Positions 29,396 through 38,972 of a stretch of 64,000 nt of DNA are shown piece by piece. The DNA is from Phycisphaerales bacterium (GTDB taxonomy: Bacteria > Planctomycetota > Phycisphaerae > Phycisphaerales > UBA1924). Below the pieces are notes generated by a model that saw only the letters and a program-made list of their open reading frames with translations, did no database searches and was not told where the DNA came from. The first letter of the stretch is position 1. Every line of letters starts with the position of its first letter. A program made the position numbers and the translations under genes. The stretch spans positions 2,400,001 to 2,464,000 of the forward strand of contig OZ245777.1 in the NCBI GenBank assembly GCA_965227775.1, written 5' to 3'.

Positions 29396-31258
29396 TTAGC
29401 CTTCGCCGACGGTCTCTCCCGCCTCGGGCTCGCTGGTGATGCGGCCCATCCCCGGTAGCGGGAGGATTTCCCCGGTGCGGCCGACGCGGAGCTGGCCCGT
29501 GTCACGTAGGTATCGCAGGATCGCGACGCGTAGGTCGGTGAGCGCGGCATCGCGAGCGTTGCGCGCGTCGAGCAGCTCGGCGTTGGTATCGACGAACTCC
29601 TGCGGCGTGATCTCATCGCTGCGGATGTTCTGCTCTTCGAGACGCTGCTCGTTGATCTCGACCTGTCGTTCGGCCAGGATCAACTGGAAGCGAGCGACCT
29701 CGATGCTGCGAAGCCGGCTGCGCGCGTCGACGACGACCTGGTCTCGGGCTCGCTCGAAAGCGCGGATGGAGCGTTCGAGGTTAATCTGGCTGGACCGGAG
29801 ATTTAGGCGTTCGATCTCGCGGTCGAGTGGCAGGCTGAAGCGCATGCCGGCGAGGTAACGCATGCTGTCGGGGTCGAACCCCAGGCCGCCCTCGCGCTCG
29901 TCCGGATCGGTGGGCAAGCCGACCTCTGCGAACGCGTCGAGATCTGGCAAAAGGTTGTTGCGGCTGTTCGAGACCGCCCGGCGAGCATCGAGCACACGGT
30001 CGCGGATTGTCTGCAGATCGAGGCGGTAGAGCAATGCGAGCTGGGCGGCCTCGGTCGGGGTGGCCACGGGGTCGCTGAGCTCGAGCGTGAGCGGCGCGAG
30101 CGCGACAGGCGTGCTTGGGTCGAGCCCGAGGCGGATCTTGAAGCTATCGAGCGACACGATGTAGTTCTCGAAGGCGCCCTGCAGCCGGTTGTTGGCGCTC
30201 AGCACGCTGCTCTCTGTAATGGAGAGCTCAAAGAGCGCGATCTCGCCGGCTCGCTGTCTGGCCTGTTGCCGCTCGAGCGTGGCTCGGAGGTTTTCGAGCT
30301 GCTCCTGTTGGTTTCGGATGCTCGCGGCGGTCTGTAAGAGGCTGAAGTACTGGCTGGCGATTTCGACGACGAAGTCGCGGCGGAATCGCTCGAACGCGCG
30401 GGCCGCGTACACAAGATCGCGCTCCGCCTGGATCAGGTCTTCTCGTGCGACGTAGCCGGCGCCGCGGAGCAGGGGGATATCGCCCCCAAGCACGAGCTGC
30501 GAGGACTGGCGGTAGTCCTCGGTCGCGCTCGAGCGAAGCTGCTCTGTAGCGTCCACGATCCAACGGGCTGCCACGTCGCCGCCATAAGGCAGGCGCTGGG
30601 TGAGGCGAAGCTCATTGATGAGTGTGGCGGCGCTGTCAAAGGCCCCGTCGTCGCCCTGGCCGGCAACCTGGAGTGTCGTGTCATTGAAGAAGCGCGGGCC
30701 CCAGAGGTGGCGCTCGCGGAGCAGGCTGATCGCCGCCAGGATGTAGTCTTCCTGAGCGTCGAGGAACTCACGGCCTGTGCGCTGGCTCTGGGCGAGCACG
30801 CCGAACAGGTCGAGGATGACAACTTCGTCGGGAATCGAGACCGGCTCTTCGTCCCCGTCGCCTTCGCCTTCATCCGACTCGTCGTACCCACCGCCGGCGC
30901 CGACGGCAACCTGGATCGCATCGGACGCGTCGGTGTAGTACGTGTTCAGACGCTCTTCGACGGAGGTTGCCTCGAGTCGGGCGGCTTCGGCCTGCACGTA
31001 GAAGAGGTCTTGCGTGTCGGGGTTGCGGGTTTCGGGCGAACCCTCGAGCTGCGCGCTTCGATCGAGATCGCCCGAAGAGGTGTCAAAGTCGCGGTTGGCC
31101 GGGGTGGCCTGCGCGCCCAGCAGGGAAGAGCGATCGAGCACCAATTTGTCGATGCGTCGGTCGATGCGATCCATGCCTCCGCAGCCGGCCAGTCCGACGA
31201 GCAGGGCGGCGGCGGGGAGGGCAAACGCGATCGATCGGGAGCGGTGGGAAGGCTGCAT
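29396..31258 (-). CDS. TolC family outer-membrane protein (lipoprotein signal)
   Basis: Lipobox LAGC, OEP coiled repeats, LLPDLD and FSLPLDR. ATG 31258. Confidence 0.82.
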   Translation of the reverse strand: MQPSHRSRSIAFALPAAALLVGLAGCGGMDRIDRRIDKLVLDRSSLLGAQATPANRDFDTSSGDLDRSAQLEGSPETRNPDTQDLFYVQAEAARLEATSVEERLNTYYTDASDAIQVAVGAGGGYDESDEGEGDGDEEPVSIPDEVVILDLFGVLAQSQRTGREFLDAQEDYILAAISLLRERHLWGPRFFNDTTLQVAGQGDDGAFDSAATLINELRLTQRLPYGGDVAARWIVDATEQLRSSATEDYRQSSQLVLGGDIPLLRGAGYVAREDLIQAERDLVYAARAFERFRRDFVVEIASQYFSLLQTAASIRNQQEQLENLRATLERQQARQRAGEIALFELSITESSVLSANNRLQGAFENYIVSLDSFKIRLGLDPSTPVALAPLTLELSDPVATPTEAAQLALLYRLDLQTIRDRVLDARRAVSNSRNNLLPDLDAFAEVGLPTDPDEREGGLGFDPDSMRYLAGMRFSLPLDREIERLNLRSSQINLERSIRAFERARDQVVVDARSRLRSIEVARFQLILAERQVEINEQRLEEQNIRSDEITPQEFVDTNAELLDARNARDAALTDLRVAILRYLRDTGQLRVGRTGEILPLPGMGRITSEPEAGETVGEG

Positions 31259-31474
31259 GTGCGGCGATGGTACGGCGAGGCGCCTGTCAGGTTGCGATGC
31301 GTTGGGGATGGCGGCGACGCAAGTGCGACGAGCGATCGGATGCGCCGCGTGGGCTGGCCATTCGCGAAGAAGCGGTCTAATATCTCGGTTCACCAAAACC
31401 GGCGGTATTTGTTTGGGAAACGACCGGGTTTGCCGAACCACTGCTGCCGATGGGCCCGCAGGGAGCCACGCCTC

Positions 31475-34255
31475 ATGCCGACCGTGACCTTTGATAGCCG
31501 CAGCTTCATGCTCGACGGACGCCGCATTTGGATCGTCGGCGGCACCGTCTCGTACACGCACACGCCTCGCGCCGAGTGGGCCGACCGCCTGCACGCGGCG
31601 AAGCTGTCAGGCCTGAACACGGTCATGGTTCCTTTGGAGTGGTCGCGGCACGAGCCGCTGCCCGGGCAGTTCGACTTCGCCGGCGACGCCGACCTTCGCG
31701 CGTTCGTTGAGCTCGCACACGAGGCGGGGCTGTACGTCATTCTCCGGCTCGGCCCGGTGCTGGGCGACGACCACGACTTCGGCGGCCTGCCGACGTGGCT
31801 GACGCAATTGCCCGCCCATGAGCTGCGCGCCGACAGCGGGCCGTTCCTTGAGGCGTGCTCACGATACATCAGCGCCGTTGCCGACCAGATCCGCGACCTG
31901 CAGATCAACGCCGCGGGCAAGGGCGGGCCCATTTTGCTGGTGCAGAACGAGCACCAGTGGACGTGCGGCGACAACGAGCTCGGTCCAAAGTACCTCGGCG
32001 AGCTCTATCGCTACATCCGCGAGGCCGGCCTCAGCGTGCCGGTGATCAACTCGAACAACCTCTGGGCGGGCGAAGAGGCCGAGATCGACTGCTGGGTAGG
32101 CAGCGACGACCTGCTCGCCTCGCTCCGCCAGCTCAGCGAGGTCCGGCCCGATCGGCCGCGGGTCGTCCTCGACTTGGCCGTTGGCGACCCGCCCACGTGG
32201 GGCGAGAAGACCGAGCCGGTTGATGGTGGCGCGTTGCTCCGCCGGATCGTCGAGATCCTCGCCGGCGCCGGGCAGTTCACGCTCTCGCGTTTCGCGCCGG
32301 GCGGCCACGTTGGCTTCTCGGGCGGGCGGCTAGCCAACCGCTCGTGGTCGTACGCGGCGACGGATCGCGGTGGTCTGGTCGACGCGGCCGGTCGCGCGAC
32401 GCCGGCGATGCTGGTCGTGCGCCGCGCGTGCATGTTCGCCAGCAGCTTCGCCCGCGTGCTGGCGCACCTCAACCCCGAGCTGCGGCCCATGGTCGTGCAC
32501 CCCGGCGAGCCCCCACGCGACGCCAAGGGCCAGGTCTCGATCGTCCAGCTCAACGGTTCGCAGGGCGGCGTCGCGCTCGTGTTCGATCTCGCCGCCGGCG
32601 GCTCGGGCAAGACCAAGGCCTCGTGTACGCTGCTGCTGGCCGACGGCACCACCCTGCCCGTGCACCTTGGCGAGCAGGGCGTGGCGTGGCTGTTGCACGA
32701 CATCAAGCTCACCAGCAAGCACACGCTGGACTACACCAACCTCAGCGTGCTCACCAGCTCGGGCTCCATGATGGTCGCCTACGGCCCGGCGGCCACCGAG
32801 GGCATCGTGTGTATCAACGGCTCGCCCCTGCACGTCACAGTGCCGCGCGGCAAGAGTCCTCAGGCCCTTGAGCACGAGGGCGTGCTCGTCATCGTGTGCA
32901 ACGAGCAGCAGGTCGACGAGTGCTTCGTGCACGAGGGCAAGGCCTACGTGGGTGTCGCGGGGCTGACCGCCGACGGCACGCCGATCGCGCTGCCGGGCTC
33001 GAAGAACTACATGAGTGTCGAGGCCGACGGCACCATCAAGACGCACGACCACGACGCGCCCCCGAAGGCCCCCAAGCGCATCGCGCTCGACTGGTCGACC
33101 GCCGACACCGAGGAGTACTGCACCGGCGAGAGCGCCAAGTACGCCAGCATCGACGGGCCGGCCGACCTCGCGACGCTCGGCGCGCCCTCGGGCTACGGCT
33201 GGTACCGCGTGACCGGCAAGCTCAGCGGCGAGAAGGTCAAGCTCGCGTTCCCCGAGGCCGCCGACCGCCTGCATGTGTATTTGGAAGGCCAGACCCTCGG
33301 CGTCGCGGGCTTCGGTCCGGGCGCTTCCGAGACGGTCGACGCCAAGCTGCCCAAGACCGACACCTCCATGGTCGTCCTCGCCGAGAACCTCGGGCGCGCG
33401 GCCGCGGGCATCCTCTTCGGCGAGCGCAAGGGCGTCTTCGGCCACGCGTTCGAGCTGGCCCCGCTGGAGATGGAGGGCCCGATCGTCGAGCAGCACCTGC
33501 CGACCGACCTGCTGGGCTTCCGCAGCCCGATGTGGAACGTGCACCAGAACGACCACACCGCGCCCTTCCGCTTCGTGTGGAACTTCACCCACCGGCGCAA
33601 GAGCCCGCTGTTCCTCTCGATCGGCGGCGGCCTGGGCCGCGGCCTGTTCCTGCTGAACGACGAGCCGCTGGCGTGCTTCGACGACGCGGGCTTCACGGGC
33701 CTCAAGCTCGAGCCCGACGAGATCAAGCGCGGCGCCAACGTGCTGCATCTCGCGCTGCACGACGACGGCGTCGTCGGCCCGCAGACGATGGAAGAGGGCC
33801 AGGCGATGCTTGCCGACATCAAGGCGGCGCTGCGCATCGACGAGGGGACGAACGAGGTCACCGGCAAGGCCGACTGGGCCTTCGCCAAGTGGGAGAAGCC
33901 GGCCCCCAGCGCCTACGAGCCCGTGCCGAAGGCCAACCTGAAGGCCAGCGCCAAGCTCGGCGGCCCGGCCTGGTGGAAGACGAGTTTTGAGTGGACCGAT
34001 CCCGGCGTGCCGCTCATGGTCGACCTCAACGGCATGACCAAGGGCCAGGCCTACGTCAATGGCGAGCACCTGGGCCGCTACTTCGTCGCCACCGCCGACA
34101 AGAAGCCGACCGGCAACGCAACGACGATGCACATCCCCGCGAGCCTGCTGAAGGCCGGCAAGCACAACGAGTTTGCGATCTTCGACGAGCACGGGGCGAT
34201 GCCGGCAAAGGTGAAGCTAGCGTATGACGCGAGCGCGGCGGTGATCACTTCTTAA
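31475..34255 (+). CDS. Glycoside hydrolase family 35 (beta-galactosidase fold) protein with degenerate active site
   Basis: FMLDGRR, W.DRL..AK..GLNT, W..HEP.PGQFDF.G..DL, GLYVILR.GP, GGLP.WL, GGPI and C-terminal KGQAYVNG..LGRY. Confidence 0.85.
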   Translation: MPTVTFDSRSFMLDGRRIWIVGGTVSYTHTPRAEWADRLHAAKLSGLNTVMVPLEWSRHEPLPGQFDFAGDADLRAFVELAHEAGLYVILRLGPVLGDDHDFGGLPTWLTQLPAHELRADSGPFLEACSRYISAVADQIRDLQINAAGKGGPILLVQNEHQWTCGDNELGPKYLGELYRYIREAGLSVPVINSNNLWAGEEAEIDCWVGSDDLLASLRQLSEVRPDRPRVVLDLAVGDPPTWGEKTEPVDGGALLRRIVEILAGAGQFTLSRFAPGGHVGFSGGRLANRSWSYAATDRGGLVDAAGRATPAMLVVRRACMFASSFARVLAHLNPELRPMVVHPGEPPRDAKGQVSIVQLNGSQGGVALVFDLAAGGSGKTKASCTLLLADGTTLPVHLGEQGVAWLLHDIKLTSKHTLDYTNLSVLTSSGSMMVAYGPAATEGIVCINGSPLHVTVPRGKSPQALEHEGVLVIVCNEQQVDECFVHEGKAYVGVAGLTADGTPIALPGSKNYMSVEADGTIKTHDHDAPPKAPKRIALDWSTADTEEYCTGESAKYASIDGPADLATLGAPSGYGWYRVTGKLSGEKVKLAFPEAADRLHVYLEGQTLGVAGFGPGASETVDAKLPKTDTSMVVLAENLGRAAAGILFGERKGVFGHAFELAPLEMEGPIVEQHLPTDLLGFRSPMWNVHQNDHTAPFRFVWNFTHRRKSPLFLSIGGGLGRGLFLLNDEPLACFDDAGFTGLKLEPDEIKRGANVLHLALHDDGVVGPQTMEEGQAMLADIKAALRIDEGTNEVTGKADWAFAKWEKPAPSAYEPVPKANLKASAKLGGPAWWKTSFEWTDPGVPLMVDLNGMTKGQAYVNGEHLGRYFVATADKKPTGNATTMHIPASLLKAGKHNEFAIFDEHGAMPAKVKLAYDASAAVITS

Positions 34256-34353
34256 CCTGGCGTTTGGGTGTCTGCGATATTGGGGCAATCTAGGGAAAAC
34301 TCCGATGAGGAGCCAGACATTTCCTAGGTATCCTGTGCGTAGGCAATGAAGCA

Positions 34354-34371
34354 GCGGTCAGGCCTGACCGC
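34354..34371. promoter_or_regulatory. Perfect 18-bp palindrome (candidate operator or hairpin)
   Basis: GCGGTCAGGCCTGACCGC is its own reverse complement and lies 25 nt upstream of ATG 34397. Confidence 0.45.
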
Positions 34372-34396
34372 GCGGTCGTTCGCAAAAGGAGATGCC

Positions 34397-37039
34397 ATGA
34401 AGTCGCTACGTATCGCGTGGTGCGCGTTGATTGCGCACGCATCGTTCCTGGGCGCCGCCTCGATGGCGGAAACCGAATCGAAGTGCACCTCGTGCAACGG
34501 TCTACCCAATCCGATGGTGTTCTACGTCGATGGCACGTTTGGACTACCAAGACAGGCGTGGACCACGCACTTCAACCAGCCAAGTCGGCCGGTCAAGACG
34601 CTGCACGACGCCAAGATGCTGATCAGGGAGTTCAGGACCCAGTGTTTCGAAGACGGCCTATCCCTCGACCGCAACATTCAAGTACAGATCCGCGAGGGAA
34701 CGTATGTGCCGGACCTCGATGCTGACAACCGTCCAGCACCGTTGCGCCTCGACGACCCAGACCTCGACGGCGGCACCCCCAGCTACAGCATCACGTGGAC
34801 TGCGGTCTGGTCGAACGTGCTCGATGACTATGAAAGCGTCCTGATCAGCGGCGGCATCGTGCTCGATCAGTTCACGTCAAATTCACCGTCTGAGGTCGAT
34901 CATTGGTGGACGCAAAAAACGCCATGGTCCACCACCGGCTGGCAGGATGAACTCGTCCTGCGAGACCTGTACGTCGGCAACACGCGCGCGATCCGGGCGC
35001 GTGAGCCGGATATTGGCGAAGCCGACACGATCGAGGGTTTTGCTACGGTCGACGGCATGGATATCACGATCGGTTCTCCGGGCGAGATGGGGATGCTCAA
35101 AACCTCCGCGAACAAGTACACGCTTGTCGTGGACCACGAGTTTCCAAAGTCGACGGTCATTCCCCCTCCGATCCGTTCTTATGGATCGGAGCGTGGCACC
35201 GAGTGCGTCCTGCGATGGGGCGGTGGTTGGGCCTCCCATCGGCAGTATGTTCGCGATGTGAGGCCGGACACGATGACGGGAAAGACCGAGATCGATCTCT
35301 GGGACATGATCGGCGTCCCTGGCATCCCAGAGCGTGAGTCGATGTATGTCTACGACCACGATCCGATGAAGTGCGGCAACGTCTCAGAAGTCTACCTCGA
35401 AAACGCATGGGAGTTCATGAACCAGCCCTACGAGTGGTGGTTCAATCCGATGGGCGGTGACACGGATCCATACGCGAACGACCGCCTCTGGATCATCCTG
35501 CCCGACGGCGTGATACCCGGCAATATCCAGGGCGAGACTTCAACAATCGAGATCGTGGCGCCGTACGCCGCCGAGCTCTTCATTCTCGAAGACTGTACGA
35601 ACGTCATCATCAAGAACCTCAACTTTGCACACACACGCCAGGCACTACCACGGCCGGGCAACTTCGACGATCTGCATGGCGGCCAGCCCGTCGTTATCTA
35701 CCAGCCATCCGGAACTCCGCAAGGAAATTACGAGGATTTCCAGATCCTGAAGCGATCACAGATCACCCCTTCACTAGAAGATGAAGTTGAGTATCCGTAT
35801 GTCGGATGGTTCGAGGCGATGCGAAACAACCAGTTTTACGTGGAGAAGAAAGGTCCTGTGTACTCGAAGTACGCGCACGGGGCCGCCATCCGGTCGGTGC
35901 GGGGGGATGGCGTGGTCGTCCGCAACTGCCGCATCGCGCACCTCGGAGGGTCGGGCATCGTCTTCGCCGATGGTGGCGGATCCCGTGATCCTTCCGTCGA
36001 TGAGCTCGTCAACACGATCGAGAGCAACGAGATCTTCAACGTCGGCGCCTCGGCGGTCGTGCTCTGCCGGGAGAACAGAACCACGCACTTTGATCTGAAT
36101 GGCCCGCAAGTCACGCCACAGGACTTCGCCGTTACGGACAACTACATCTACGACATCGGGAAGACGTACCTTGCGTCCCCGGGCATCCACATCGGCTGGA
36201 CCGCCAGCGGTGAGGGTCACACCGGCCTCCATGCGGACAACGGCGGTAAAGTGCTGCGAAACTACATCGCACAATGCCCATCCGATGGAATCTACATGGG
36301 CCACCAGCCCGAAGACAACAACTGCCAGACTCTTCCTGGCCGCCAGCATAACCGCAACCTGGAGGTGGAGGAGAACGTTGTTCGGGACGCGGTGCTCCTC
36401 ATGCATGACATGGCGAGCATCGTGATGATGCACGACGCGGATAATTGCGACGTGCGCTGGAACGTGGTGTACCAGACCACGCCGCACACCGGGCGTGCGG
36501 CGTATTCGAGGCGCGGGCTGTACACGGATGGGAAGGGGTACCAGTTCCAGGGTGCCTCCGGCTGGACGATCGAGGAGAACCTGATCTGGAACATCACCCG
36601 ACAATTCCACATGAATACGAGGTTCACCTGCCCGGACGACAACATGTGGCTGAGGAACTACGTGGACGACAACCCTCCGATCATGCCGTGCAACAAGTGC
36701 ACCGTTGGTGATATGGAGAGCTTCATGGAGGGGGGGTGCACCTTTTCCACTACTGAATGCCTATTGACGCCCTTCTGGATGCCGGATCCAGTTGTCGAGT
36801 GTGCCAATGGGTTTGAGGTGAGCAGGCTGCACATCCAGTTCGGCCCAGTGAGCGGACCGGGCTCGGAGCGGTACACGTACGACGCGAATCTCGCCGACCC
36901 GGCGACCCGGAGTGGCCCCGCTACGACGCTGATCGGAGACGCGGGGCCAGATTCGCTGCTGCACTCGTTCCTGTACACGTCCTTCGAGCCGCTGATCCAC
37001 CCATCGGGGGCCATGAACCGAACGCCGCCAGCGCCATAG
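34397..37039 (+). CDS. Secreted right-handed beta-helix protein, GH141-like
   Basis: AAGGAG RBS, signal peptide, and motifs LYVGNTRAIRAREPD, YLENAWEFMNQPYEWW, NLNFAHT, NCRIAHLGGSGI and GLYTD. Confidence 0.7.
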   Translation: MKSLRIAWCALIAHASFLGAASMAETESKCTSCNGLPNPMVFYVDGTFGLPRQAWTTHFNQPSRPVKTLHDAKMLIREFRTQCFEDGLSLDRNIQVQIREGTYVPDLDADNRPAPLRLDDPDLDGGTPSYSITWTAVWSNVLDDYESVLISGGIVLDQFTSNSPSEVDHWWTQKTPWSTTGWQDELVLRDLYVGNTRAIRAREPDIGEADTIEGFATVDGMDITIGSPGEMGMLKTSANKYTLVVDHEFPKSTVIPPPIRSYGSERGTECVLRWGGGWASHRQYVRDVRPDTMTGKTEIDLWDMIGVPGIPERESMYVYDHDPMKCGNVSEVYLENAWEFMNQPYEWWFNPMGGDTDPYANDRLWIILPDGVIPGNIQGETSTIEIVAPYAAELFILEDCTNVIIKNLNFAHTRQALPRPGNFDDLHGGQPVVIYQPSGTPQGNYEDFQILKRSQITPSLEDEVEYPYVGWFEAMRNNQFYVEKKGPVYSKYAHGAAIRSVRGDGVVVRNCRIAHLGGSGIVFADGGGSRDPSVDELVNTIESNEIFNVGASAVVLCRENRTTHFDLNGPQVTPQDFAVTDNYIYDIGKTYLASPGIHIGWTASGEGHTGLHADNGGKVLRNYIAQCPSDGIYMGHQPEDNNCQTLPGRQHNRNLEVEENVVRDAVLLMHDMASIVMMHDADNCDVRWNVVYQTTPHTGRAAYSRRGLYTDGKGYQFQGASGWTIEENLIWNITRQFHMNTRFTCPDDNMWLRNYVDDNPPIMPCNKCTVGDMESFMEGGCTFSTTECLLTPFWMPDPVVECANGFEVSRLHIQFGPVSGPGSERYTYDANLADPATRSGPATTLIGDAGPDSLLHSFLYTSFEPLIHPSGAMNRTPPAP

Positions 37040-37061
37040 CAGTTCGGTCTCACGCAGCATT

Positions 37062-37560
37062 GCGGTGCGGCGTGGGTTCTGCGTTGCACCGCTGTCATTG
37101 GGGCGATTGCGACCGCTCGCATCTGGAGCCACGGCGGCAGCTCGCCGTGGCCTTCCCATCCCACGCCCGCGCTCGGCCAGTACACGCTCGTGAAGCCCGA
37201 GCGTGTACTCGACGGCCCAACGCACAACCCCGTGTCGCCCGGCCGCCATCCCGGCGGGTCCGGGCGTGCTCTCGTTCTCTCTGAGGGCGTGCCCGGGCTC
37301 GCCAAAAGCCTGCCCGCGTCGCGCGGGCAGCCGCTTATCGACCCCGTCCCCGAACCAAAAACGTCGATGGAACCTCGACAAACCGATGCGTGCGATCGCT
37401 TTCCGCCCCAAGCCTCGGCTGCATTCTGGCGAGTTTGCATTCCTTGGGCGCTGGGGTGCGCGCAGGTAAGAGTGCGGAGTTGCTTGATCTTGGACTCAAG
37501 TTGCATTCCCGGACCGTCGACGTTGGGAGCGGGCCGCCGCGGCGCGCGTCGCGGGGCCCG
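37062..37560 (+). other. Hairpin-dense intergenic region (candidate structured RNA or MITE-like element)
   Basis: At least five consecutive stems of 9-14 bp read directly from the sequence (see findings). Confidence 0.45.
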
Positions 37561-37619
37561 GGGTTGATCGGGGCGGAATGCGTTGAACCGGCGCGATCAT
37601 ACGAAAGGCTGGCATCAGC

Positions 37620-38330
37620 ATGAGCGGATCGAAGTCGACCGTGCCCGGCGGAGACCGGGCGTCACTCCAATTCACCGAAGATCGCAAGCAGCTCTGAGCA
37701 ACCAACGCCGCGCTCATCGGCCTATCCGCCGAAGACACCACGGCGTTGACCGATAGCAGCGACGCGGCCCAAGCGGCCCTGGACTCACGCGTCGCGGCGT
37801 TCAATGCCGCGAAGGCGAGTACCGTGACGTGGCACAACGCCGCCGAGACGAACCGCTCGCTGGCGCAGGATCTCGTCCGCAAGATCCGCGGTTTTGCCGT
37901 GCAGCAGGCCGACCCGGACGCGGTGTACGCCGCGGCCCAGATCGACCCGCCCAAGACGCCCGGCGACCTGCCGGCGCCCGAGGTGCCCACCGATCTGAAG
38001 ATCAGCCTCGACACCGAGGGACGCGCGGTGCTCACGTTCGACTCGACCCGCTTCGGCGGCACGACCTGGCGCATCCAGCGCCGCACGGTGAGCACCCATG
38101 GCGCCATCTCGCCGTGGGCCTCGGTCGACTGGGTCTACGAGCGCAAGTTCACCGACCAATCGACGCCCAGCGGCGTCGCCGGCGTGCATTATCGCGTGCG
38201 GGCCGAGCGCCCCAGCGGCACGAGCGCGTACTCGACGCCCGTCGCCCTGCCCTTCGGCGCGGGCGGGAACCAGCAGGCAACTGCGGGCGCCATCGCGCCC
38301 GAGGACCTGAGCGGCAAGCAGGCCGGCTGA
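37620..38330 (+). pseudogene. Fibronectin type III-like protein interrupted by an in-frame TGA
   Basis: ATG 37620 (GAAAGG upstream) is in frame with the 37746..38330 ORF. TGA at 37695-37697. The C-terminus has PTDL, W.IQR, FTD and YRVRAER (FN3-like). Confidence 0.7.
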
Positions 38331-38363
38331 GGCAACGCCGTCCATTCGGAACGCCGCGGGGCG

Positions 38364-38972
38364 CTACGGGCAGCCGGCGTCGAACGCGTTCTGGAAGGCC
38401 AGGAAGTCGAAGATGGTCAGCTCGCCGTCGCCGTCGAAGTCTGCGACCGGGTCGCTCGCGTCGAAGAGGTTCTGGAACTGCAGGAAGTCGAAGATGGTCA
38501 GTTCGCCGTCGCCGTCCAGGTCGCCGATGGCGATCGACGTGGGCCCGTCGCCCGCGCCGTAGAGGACGTCGCCGGCGAAGGTGCCGTCGCCGTTGTTGAG
38601 CAGCACACTGACGTCGTCGCTGAAGGCACTAGCCGCGACCACGTCGCGGTCGCCGTCGCCGTCCAGATCGCCGATGGCCACCGACTGGGGCCAGTCGCCC
38701 ACGCCGTACGAGACGCCGGGCGCGAGTGTGCCGTCTCCGTTGCCCATCAGCACGAGGACGTCGTCGTCGAAGCCGTTGGCCATGACGAGGTCGCCGACAC
38801 CGTCGCCGTTGACGTCGCCGATGGCCACCGCCCACGGACCGGCGCCCGCGGCGTAGGCCACGTCGGGCGCGAAGATCTGGGTGGGATCGCAGGTCTGGGC
38901 GAGCGCGGTCATGTGGAGGGTGGCCAGCGCGGCAAGGGCGGCCAGCCCGGCGACGGGACGGATCTTGGGCAT
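38364..38972 (-). CDS. FG-GAP/VCBS repeat protein fused to a GC-type dockerin (apparently internally deleted)
   Basis: Signal peptide and two complete GDxxGDG..D...NGDGT repeats. The third repeat runs directly into ELTIFDF..FDAGCP. Confidence 0.8.
   Translation of the reverse strand: MPKIRPVAGLAALAALATLHMTALAQTCDPTQIFAPDVAYAAGAGPWAVAIGDVNGDGVGDLVMANGFDDDVLVLMGNGDGTLAPGVSYGVGDWPQSVAIGDLDGDGDRDVVAASAFSDDVSVLLNNGDGTFAGDVLYGAGDGPTSIAIGDLDGDGELTIFDFLQFQNLFDASDPVADFDGDGELTIFDFLAFQNAFDAGCP

Noticed and set aside
30707..31594. Overlapping N-terminal extensions of the TolC and GH35 ORFs
   Set aside because: Recognisable starts are at 31258 (-) and 31475 (+). The extensions are antisense or intergenic read-through.
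32330..34192. Long antisense or alternative-frame ORFs over the GH35 gene, and similar ones over leuS, crtP, M48 and moxR
   Set aside because: Expected from strong GC3 bias, which removes stops from the other frames. The products are Arg/Ala/Gly-rich with no motifs.
37062..37560. CRISPR array or REP/BIME cluster
   Set aside because: The hairpins do not share a repeated sequence or regular spacing, and no cas genes are present.
37695..37697. Genome-wide TGA recoding or selenocysteine at the FN3 gene stop
   Set aside because: Many genes here (leuS, Hsp70, moxR) end in TGA. The context is not a redox Cys motif and I see no convincing SECIS hairpin immediately downstream.
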